19,887 nucleotides of DNA from Candidatus Methylomirabilia bacterium (lineage in GTDB: Bacteria; Methylomirabilota; Methylomirabilia; Rokubacteriales; CSP1-6): the NCBI GenBank assembly GCA_046758965.1, contig JBHIBG010000047.1, forward strand, positions 1-19,887. Direction: 5' to 3'. The notes beneath the pieces are model-generated. The model saw only the letters and a list, made by a program, of their open reading frames with translations, had not been told where the DNA came from and did no database searches. This document shows positions 8,260 through 14,797 of this stretch, piece by piece; position 1 is the first letter of the stretch; every line of letters starts with the position of its first letter. A program made the position numbers and the translations under genes.

Positions 8260-9540
8260 TTATCCCTTGGGGGCAGGGAGCCGGTGCAGCTCCCCGAGAG
8301 CTGCCGTGTAGCACTCCAGAGGAGTCCTGGCGAAGCCGGCGCCGATCTGCCCGACCCCGGGAATCCGGTGAGCAATGCCGGTGTTGAATATCGGCGCGAC
8401 CCCGTGTTCCACAACCCGCCTCACGTCAATCGCCGTCGGGGTGCCACGGAAGCCGAGCGCGGGAATCGTAAAGCGCGGGTGCTCGGCCAGCGTGATCGAG
8501 TACATCTCAAGCGCAAGGCGCTTCGCCTCCTCTGGCGTCCCGCCCACATAGCGGGCCAGGGCCGGCGCCCCTGCCATGGCGAAAGCCCCGAGGCCCATGG
8601 TCTCAGCAATCTCGCTATCCCCGATCACCGGGTTGGCGTCCTCAGGCTGGTACCCTTCGAAGAGGCGCCCTTGAACGTCAGGCACCGGCGCGGTGACCCA
8701 CCGGCCGCCCAGCCCGCTGACCTTGATCCCGAACCGAACGCCGTTGGCCGACATGCACGTGACCACCGTGGACCCGGGGATCCCCTGGGCCGATTCCATC
8801 GTGGCCTTGCCGGCTGCCATCGTCAGCGGCAGGAAGAAGATATCGTTCTTGCCGAGAAAGCGGAGCGCCTCAGCGGTTTCCTTTGGCCCGAAGCGGCTCT
8901 CCACCACGTAGGCGGAGATGGCGTTCGTGAAAAGCGCCGAGGCCGCCTTCTGGCGACTGTGCCCGTCATCTCCCATGTGCAGAGCCTGGACCAGGATCTC
9001 GAAGAGATCTATGCCGCCCGACAGCCGGATGGCGGCCCCGAGAATCGCGGCGAACTCTCCTTCGAGCCACGCCAGACGCCCGAGGGTGTCGGCGTCGTTG
9101 GCCCCGTACCTGAGAGCCCTGCCGCGTCCCTCGTTCAACGCTGCGCAGGCGCGGCTGCCGCCGGCGCGATTCTCCACCACGAACACCGGGGTGCTGCGGG
9201 CGATCACGCCCGCGTACGTCCCGCCGGCCTGGTAGTCGTTGGCGGGCAGAAGGCGCATCGCCCCTGAAGCGGCAAGGGCCTCGGCTGCCCTGACGTCCCG
9301 AGCGAAACCCAGATGAACCAGCGCGCCCAGGATCGAGCCGCGGAGGGCGCCGGATGCTTCCTCCCACCCCGCAAGGGGCGGGCCGGCGTGCAGAAAGTCG
9401 TGCTCACCAAGCCCGGGAATCAGTTCGCCCGCGGGCTTTAGGTCTACGAGGAGAGGCTGGGCAGCCACGATCCGGCGGAGGGCTTCCGCGTTGGCCTCCT
9501 CGGTGAGCTCCTGCCCTCGATCCTCGCGCCGATCACTCAT
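8260..9540 (-). CDS. DUF1116 family protein (YlbE/AllG/YahG-like; homolog of an oxamate carbamoyltransferase subunit)
   Basis: LHAGPP, LNEG.GRALRYGA, ALHMGDDGH.RQ.AAS, FFLPL.MAAGKA, MSANGVRFGIKVSG, ANPVIGDS.I.ET.GLG and P.FNTGIAH..PG.GQIGAG are characteristic of DUF1116. Likely ATG at 9540 overlapping the mgsC stop; alternative GTG at 9546. Confidence 0.85.
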   Translation of the reverse strand: MSDRREDRGQELTEEANAEALRRIVAAQPLLVDLKPAGELIPGLGEHDFLHAGPPLAGWEEASGALRGSILGALVHLGFARDVRAAEALAASGAMRLLPANDYQAGGTYAGVIARSTPVFVVENRAGGSRACAALNEGRGRALRYGANDADTLGRLAWLEGEFAAILGAAIRLSGGIDLFEILVQALHMGDDGHSRQKAASALFTNAISAYVVESRFGPKETAEALRFLGKNDIFFLPLTMAAGKATMESAQGIPGSTVVTCMSANGVRFGIKVSGLGGRWVTAPVPDVQGRLFEGYQPEDANPVIGDSEIAETMGLGAFAMAGAPALARYVGGTPEEAKRLALEMYSITLAEHPRFTIPALGFRGTPTAIDVRRVVEHGVAPIFNTGIAHRIPGVGQIGAGFARTPLECYTAALGELHRLPAPKG

Positions 9541-10870
9541 GGGCACTCCGGCCGGGGACCCAGTTGGTCCCGACCAGCGGGATCCCGGTGATGGCCGCAG
9601 CCTCCACGGTCAGCGCCCTGAGGTCCTCGGGCTCCAGGTCGTGAACATCGGCCTTCCCGCACGCGCGAGCCAGCATCTGGATCTCCAGCGTCATGGCGTG
9701 GAGAAAGTTAGCCACTCGCTCGGCGGCCTCCGGGATCGGCAGACGCTTCATCAGCTCCGGATCCTGGGTGGTGATCCCGACCGGGCAGCGGCCGGTGTGG
9801 CAGTGGTGGCAGGCGTAGGGCTCGGTGCCGAGGGCGTTGTAGTCCTCCGCATACAGGGGTTTGTTGCAGTTGAGCGCGATGAGCGCCGCGGTGCCGATGT
9901 AGATGGCGTCAGCTCCCAGCGCCAGGGCCTTCGCCGCATCTACCCCTGACTTGATGCCGCCGGCGATGATGAGCTGGACCTGGCCGTAGAGTCCGAGGCC
10001 CTCCAGGGCCTGCCGGGCCTCGCACACGGCGGCCAGGGTCGGGATGCCGGTGTGGTCCTGGAGGACCTCCGGCGAGGCCCCGGTGCCGCCTTCCATGCCG
10101 TCGACCACCACCACGTCGGCCCCGGCCTTGGCCGCCAGCTTGACATCGTCATAGACTCGAGAGGCGCCGAGCTTGACGAAGATGGGAACCTGCCAGTCCG
10201 TCGCCTCGCGCAGCTCCTCGATCTTGACGATCATGTCGTCAGGACCGAGCCAGTCAGGGTGCCGGGCCGGGCTCCGCTGGTCCACGCCAGGCGGGAGCTC
10301 CCGCATGCGGGCGATCTCCTCGGAGACCTTGGAGCCAAGCAGCACGCCGCCGGTCCCAGGCTTGGCCCCCTGGCCCACGGTCAACTCGACGCCGTCGGCG
10401 ACGCGCAGGTGGTAGACGTTCATCCCGTAGCGGCTCGGCAGGACCTCGTAGATCAACACGCTGGAGTGCTCGCGCTCGGCCGGAAGCATCCCGCCGTCGC
10501 CCGTGGTGGTCGAGGTTCCCACGCGGCTGGCCCCCTGGGCCAGCGCCACCTTGGCGTTATAGGAGAGCGACCCGAAGCTCATCCCCGTGATCATGACGGG
10601 GATCTCCAGCTCGATCGGCCGCTTGGCGTGGCGGGTGCCCAGCACGGTCTTCGTGCTGCACCGCTCGCGGTAGCCCTCGAGCGGGATCCGCGTCAGCGAG
10701 CAGGGGATGAAGGTCAGGTCGTCCAAGCAGGGGAGCGCACGCGACCGGAGCGTCCCGAAGCCCCGAAAGCGGTAGCGGCCCAGCTCGGCCTTGACCTGGA
10801 TGTCCTCCATCACCCCTGGCGTGAAGATCCGGCTGGTCCGGAGCGTGGGCCTCAAAACGCTCTCTTCCAT
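9533..10870 (-). CDS. mgsC: FMN-binding glutamate synthase family protein (GlxD); N-methylglutamate synthase subunit C
   Basis: GMSFGSLS, TGDGG, GQGAKPGTGG, RSPARHPD, PIFVKLG, DGMEGGTGA, KALALGAD and the C...CHTGRCPVGITTQDP Fe-S motif. RBS GAAGGAG. Confidence 0.92.
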   Translation of the reverse strand: MEESVLRPTLRTSRIFTPGVMEDIQVKAELGRYRFRGFGTLRSRALPCLDDLTFIPCSLTRIPLEGYRERCSTKTVLGTRHAKRPIELEIPVMITGMSFGSLSYNAKVALAQGASRVGTSTTTGDGGMLPAEREHSSVLIYEVLPSRYGMNVYHLRVADGVELTVGQGAKPGTGGVLLGSKVSEEIARMRELPPGVDQRSPARHPDWLGPDDMIVKIEELREATDWQVPIFVKLGASRVYDDVKLAAKAGADVVVVDGMEGGTGASPEVLQDHTGIPTLAAVCEARQALEGLGLYGQVQLIIAGGIKSGVDAAKALALGADAIYIGTAALIALNCNKPLYAEDYNALGTEPYACHHCHTGRCPVGITTQDPELMKRLPIPEAAERVANFLHAMTLEIQMLARACGKADVHDLEPEDLRALTVEAAAITGIPLVGTNWVPGRSAHE

Positions 10871-11541
10871 AGCTCGAACTCCTTCTTGTCGTAGTTCCAG
10901 AGCTTCCGTCCGGAGATGACCTTCCTGAAGCTCCCTGGCCCTTTGACGCCGTAGCGGTCCAGAGCCTCGCGGATCTGGGCCAGCTCCTCACGGGTTGCCT
11001 CGGAGACGACCGTGTCGTTGCCCAGCTCGAGGATCTCGCCCCCCACGTAGACGACCCCCTCATACATCGAGTCCGCGAGGGCGGGGCCAGCATCGCCGCA
11101 GATCACGATGCTCCCCCGCTGCATCATGAAGCCGGTCATGTAACCCGCCGCGCCGCCGATCAGCAGGAGGCCACCCTTCATGGTGATGCCCGCCCGCGCC
11201 GCAGCGTCGCCGCGCACGACCACCGTTCCACCCCGGATCGAGGCCGCCGCGCCGTTACCCGCGTTGCCGTCCACGATGACCGACCCCGACAGCATGCACT
11301 CGCCCAACCCCCAGCCGGCCGAGCCTCGGATCTCGACCTGAGCGCCGTCGATCATCCCCGCGCAGTAGTAGCCCACTGGTCCGTCGATCACGATCCTCAC
11401 GGGATGGAGGACCGCCACGGCCAGGTTGTGACGGGCCGCGGGGTTTCGAAGAGCGATCTCCGCTTCGCCAGCCGACACGAGGGCCTTCATCGCCTGGTTG
11501 ATCTCCCGCGTGCTCTTGCCCGTGCAGTCGATGGTCTGCAC
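10852..11541 (-). CDS. mgsB: GXGXG beta-helix glutamate synthase C-terminal-like protein (GlxC); N-methylglutamate synthase subunit B
   Basis: NP.ARHNLAV, VGYYCAGM, repeated G-x-x-G units (GSAGWGLGECMLSG, GNAGNGAAAS..GG), GDAGPALADSMYEG and C-terminal RKLWNY. GTG start. Confidence 0.9.
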   Translation of the reverse strand: MQTIDCTGKSTREINQAMKALVSAGEAEIALRNPAARHNLAVAVLHPVRIVIDGPVGYYCAGMIDGAQVEIRGSAGWGLGECMLSGSVIVDGNAGNGAAASIRGGTVVVRGDAAARAGITMKGGLLLIGGAAGYMTGFMMQRGSIVICGDAGPALADSMYEGVVYVGGEILELGNDTVVSEATREELAQIREALDRYGVKGPGSFRKVISGRKLWNYDKKEFELWKRAF

Positions 11542-11559
11542 CGCTGGCCCCTCGCGCTG

Positions 11560-12504
11560 TCACGCCGCCCGTCGGCGGCGCCGGAGCCTCGGTGGTGAGG
11601 CCGGCTGGCTGCTCCAGACCCGGACGGCGCCGGCACCGGCCTCCCGCGCCGGGTACGAGCCTGACAACGCCGCCCTGATAGCCACCTCTTCGTTAGCGAT
11701 GGCCACGAAGCTCTCCGTCTCTGCCACGATCAACGGCTTCAGGCTGAAGGGATCCTTGGCAAAGCCGAACGCCTCCGCCGTGGCCGCCAGATAGCTGAAG
11801 CTGCCGTCCAGCTCCTCCACCGAGGCCTCGAGGACCTCTGTGAACCCAAGCCCCCCCGCCATCCGGTCGGCGAGGTAGATCCCGATCACCTCGGAGTCGT
11901 TCTCGGTGTAGAAGCGCACCCCCCGCTGCTCATACTGGCGGCGGAGCTTGTGATAGTTGGTGATGTGGCCGTTGTGCACCACGGCGAGATCCGGGGCTCC
12001 ATGGGTCCAGAACGGCTGAGAGTGGGAGAGGTCCACGCGACTCTCGGTTGACAGCCGCGTGTGACCGATGCCATAGCGCCCGCTGAGGCGCGAGATCCCG
12101 AACGTTCGCTCGAGATTCTCCGGCGTCTCCACCTGCTTGACGATCTCGAGGTGCTGCCCCATGCTCACCACCTCGACCCCGGAGCCCGCTGCCTCGATGG
12201 CGGTGGCCAGCTCTCGAGGGTCGGCCTTGTCCACCACGACCCGGATCAGGGAGCCCCGTGTGATGACCCCCTGCACTTGCGCGAGCGCTCTCGCCCGCCG
12301 GACGATCTCCCGCCTCAGAGCCTCCCCCGCCACCTGCTCGGCCGGCTTGACCCAGACCACCAGGCCGTTGACGCGCCTCCCCCAGACCGCCACGCCCGCC
12401 GAGTCCGGCCCGCGCCCGCCGAGAGCGGTGAGCATGTGGAGCAAGACCCGGCCGACCGGCGCTTCCGGTGAGCGCTTGTCAAAGTAGCCGACGATGCCGC
12501 ACAT
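11560..12504 (-). CDS. mgsA: Class II (Ntn) glutamine amidotransferase (GlxB); N-methylglutamate synthase subunit A
   Basis: N-terminal MCGIVG with nucleophilic Cys2, RGPDSAG, GHTRLSTES, VHNGHITN, ENDSEV, ELDGSF and KP...AET. Confidence 0.92.
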   Translation of the reverse strand: MCGIVGYFDKRSPEAPVGRVLLHMLTALGGRGPDSAGVAVWGRRVNGLVVWVKPAEQVAGEALRREIVRRARALAQVQGVITRGSLIRVVVDKADPRELATAIEAAGSGVEVVSMGQHLEIVKQVETPENLERTFGISRLSGRYGIGHTRLSTESRVDLSHSQPFWTHGAPDLAVVHNGHITNYHKLRRQYEQRGVRFYTENDSEVIGIYLADRMAGGLGFTEVLEASVEELDGSFSYLAATAEAFGFAKDPFSLKPLIVAETESFVAIANEEVAIRAALSGSYPAREAGAGAVRVWSSQPASPPRLRRRRRAA

Positions 12505-12514
12505 GGTGGCCCCC

Positions 12515-13396
12515 CTACTCGCTCGAGTGGAAGAGAGCGTGGCGGCGAGCCAGCCGCTCGAACCGGTCCAGCATCGCCTCCGTGCGCTCGCGCGCCCGCA
12601 AGCTCCACTCGACCAGCAATGCGGTCAGCAGAGCGAGCGGCGCGCAGTGCGAGTCCACGAAGGAGACGAGGTCGGTCTGCACGGTCAGCACCAGATCCGC
12701 CCGTTTTGCCAGCGGGGAGAGGAACGAATCCGTGAGCGCGACGATTGTGACGTCTTCCTCCCGGGCAAACTCCATCAACTCCAGCGTGTCCCGCGGATAG
12801 CGGGGGAACCCGATAGCGATCAAGCACGCGGTAGCGGGTACGCTCCGGAAGGCGTCCAGGGCGGCACGGCCCGCCTCGGTGATGGTCACCACGTCGTCAT
12901 GGATCTTGGACAGGCTGTAGCCAAAGGAGCGGGCGAGAGCCGCCGAGGCCATGTGGCCGACGACGTAAATCCGTCGCGCGACGAGCATTCCCTTCACGAC
13001 GCGGCTCAGCTCCTCCCGCGGCATCTCCCGGACGAGGGCCGAGAGGTTCCTCATCTCGGTTTCCACCACGCTGGTCAGGGCATCGCGCGGCCGGCCGCGC
13101 TTTCGAAGCGGAAGGGCGAGGAGGTCGAGCGAGGTCAGCTCTTCTTTGACGATCCGGTGCAGGTGCCGGCGCAGCTCAGGATAGCCCCGGTAACCCAGGC
13201 TCAGGGCGAAGCGGGTCACCGTCGCCTCGCTGACGCCAGTGGTCGCGGCCAGTTCGGCCGCGGTCAGGAAGGCCGCGGCCCGGTACTCCTGAGCGAGGTA
13301 GCGGGCAATGGCCCCGTGCTTGGGCGAGAAGCTCTCCCCCTGGAGCCGCCTCAGGAACTCGCTCTTGTTGCGGTTCGTACGAAATATTTCATGCAT
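12515..13396 (-). CDS. MurR/RpiR family transcriptional regulator (HTH + SIS domain)
   Basis: HTH region AAELAATTGVSEATVTRFALSLGYRGYPELR. SIS domain ARRIYVVG, IGFPRY and VALTDSFLSPLAKRAD. Confidence 0.93.
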   Translation of the reverse strand: MHEIFRTNRNKSEFLRRLQGESFSPKHGAIARYLAQEYRAAAFLTAAELAATTGVSEATVTRFALSLGYRGYPELRRHLHRIVKEELTSLDLLALPLRKRGRPRDALTSVVETEMRNLSALVREMPREELSRVVKGMLVARRIYVVGHMASAALARSFGYSLSKIHDDVVTITEAGRAALDAFRSVPATACLIAIGFPRYPRDTLELMEFAREEDVTIVALTDSFLSPLAKRADLVLTVQTDLVSFVDSHCAPLALLTALLVEWSLRARERTEAMLDRFERLARRHALFHSSE

Positions 13397-13414
13397 CGAA
13401 CGCGATGAAATATT
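13381..13414. promoter_or_regulatory. Candidate operator: perfect palindrome GAAATATTTC and inverted repeat AATATTTCAT-N12-ATGAAATATT
   Basis: GAAATATTTC at 13381-13390 is self-complementary. AATATTTCAT (13383-13392) and ATGAAATATT (13405-13414) are exact reverse complements. The AT-rich element overlaps the regulator start codon and the predicted -10 box. Confidence 0.65.
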
Positions 13415-13439
13415 GTCTTCATCCCGCCCCGGCTGTCAA
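13412..13439 (-). promoter_or_regulatory. Sigma70-type promoter for the NMG operon (TTGACA-N16-GACAAT)
   Basis: The minus strand reads ATAAAAACGAG TTGACA GCCGGGGCGGGATGAA GACAAT: consensus -35 at 13439-13434, -10-like hexamer at 13417-13412, and an A-tract upstream. Confidence 0.6.
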
Positions 13440-14504
13440 CTCGTTTTTATTCGGGCGCCAGGCGGCCCGCGAGGGACGAGACTCTCCTCGCCGTCGGATG
13501 AAATACCGGACTACCTCGCCCTGTTTGAGTAGCTCGGCGATGGGAAGGAGCCCCTCGAGCGAAAGCTTCAGGAGGCCTGCGCCGATCCTGCTCTTCAGCA
13601 GTGTGAGCGCCAGCCGAGAGGGGATGCCAGCCCCATCTTGAAGCCAGTAGCGGAGACTCCGCATGAAGTAGCGCGGCTTGGAGTTGTGCTGAGCCTTGAT
13701 CACGAGCCCCCCCGCTCTCTCTACCATGGCCCGCATCGTCTCCGGGCTGAACTGAATGAGGTGGCGGGGCAGCTCCAGCCCGGACCAGTGCTTGCCGAAC
13801 AGCTGCCCTCCCCACCCGCTGACGTTCGGGACCTCGACAATGATAAGCCCCCCGGGAGCAAGCCATTTGATCATGCGGCGAAGCGTGGTGAGGGGGTCAG
13901 GCAGATGCTCAAGTACGTGGAACGCCGTGATGAGGTCAAAGCTCGACGGGGGAAATGGAGCCTCGACAGGATCCCCGACGAAGATCTCACGGGTAACACC
14001 CATAGCCTGGCTGGCAGCGTCACGGCTAATCTCGATCCCGGCTGGCGTCCACCCGGCCTCCGCCAGGCGGCGAAGAAACCGTCCGGTCGCGCAGCCCACA
14101 TCGAGAAGGCGCCCCTGGCCCAGGAACGGCGGGAAATCATGAAGGATGCGACGGAGGCGGAAGAGGGCGCGCAGCCGGGTTCCCCGCCCAGCCAGTTCCC
14201 TCCCAAGGTGGAGGTAGCCCAGGCGGCGGACCAACACCCATCGGACATCCGGATCCAGCCCTGCAGGACCGGAAGAGCCCTCCGGCTCTCGAAGATGGGG
14301 AGGATAGTTCGCGGGATAACAGTTGGACAGCGCCGCCGATGAGACTCGAGGGTTTTGGTAGATCAGTCCGCACCCCGAGCAGCGAACGACGGAGAATGAG
14401 CCGGGTACTCCCAGGGCCACGTCCCGCTGGACGAAGAGAAGTGCATAGTCCGTCGCCGCGCAAAGCGGGCATCGGATGCTTTCCAACGGAAGCGCCTGGG
14501 ACAA
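13419..14504 (-). CDS. Class I SAM-dependent methyltransferase with N-terminal zinc-ribbon
   Basis: CPLC...RCSGCGLIYQNP N-terminus, LLDVGCATG SAM motif, FDLITAFHVLEHLPDP, LAPGG.IIVEVPN and PRHLIQFS. TTG start uncertain. Confidence 0.88.
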   Translation of the reverse strand: MSQALPLESIRCPLCAATDYALLFVQRDVALGVPGSFSVVRCSGCGLIYQNPRVSSAALSNCYPANYPPHLREPEGSSGPAGLDPDVRWVLVRRLGYLHLGRELAGRGTRLRALFRLRRILHDFPPFLGQGRLLDVGCATGRFLRRLAEAGWTPAGIEISRDAASQAMGVTREIFVGDPVEAPFPPSSFDLITAFHVLEHLPDPLTTLRRMIKWLAPGGLIIVEVPNVSGWGGQLFGKHWSGLELPRHLIQFSPETMRAMVERAGGLVIKAQHNSKPRYFMRSLRYWLQDGAGIPSRLALTLLKSRIGAGLLKLSLEGLLPIAELLKQGEVVRYFIRRRGESRPSRAAWRPNKNELTAGAG

Positions 14505-14632
14505 CGGAGACCCCTACGAGAAGGGCTTGTCCATGTTCATCATCGGAGTAAGTATTCTAACGCAACGCGCCGGCATGCGACTCGTGATCGTAGTCAACCG
14601 ACGACGCGCGATCGCGTACCGCTCCGCCCGAC

Positions 14633-14669
14633 TTGACCTCGGGGTTGACCCGTCATAGGGTGCTATCGT
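14633..14669 (+). promoter_or_regulatory. Candidate promoter for the hydantoinase/oxoprolinase operon
   Basis: TTGACC (14633-14638), 17 bp, then TAGGGT (14656-14661). There is also a second TTGACC at 14645 and an extended -10-like TGcTATCGT at 14661-14669. Confidence 0.4.
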
Positions 14670-14797
14670 CTGCGCTGACGGCGGGGAGCGCCACGCCGGC
14701 CACGATGCTACGGCCCGCCGAGGCGCTCGCGAAACGTCGAGGTGGCAAGCCGAGGCAGGCGATTGAGAAAGCGCAGGCGGGGGAGGAGGAGACCTGC

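Noticed and set aside
7994..8314. N-terminal extension of the 1070-aa ORF
   Set aside because: It overlaps soxD and the DUF1116 end in another frame and resembles no family. GTG 7993 has an RBS and a GTGA overlap, so it is the better start.
11560..11620. Arg-rich C-terminal tail of MgsA (PPRLRRRRRAA)
   Set aside because: Most likely a low-complexity GC-driven extension; there is no evidence of function.
9533..12504. Three glutamate-synthase-like pieces read as a fragmented gltB pseudogene
   Set aside because: Each piece is an intact ORF with its own start, and the order matches the known split GlxBCD/MgsABC family.
14633..14797. 55-aa extension of the hyuA ORF with a superficial Tat-like look
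   Set aside because: There is no proper twin-arginine plus hydrophobic segment, the TTG coincides with a -35-like box, and ATG 14798 has a strong RBS and matches the family start.
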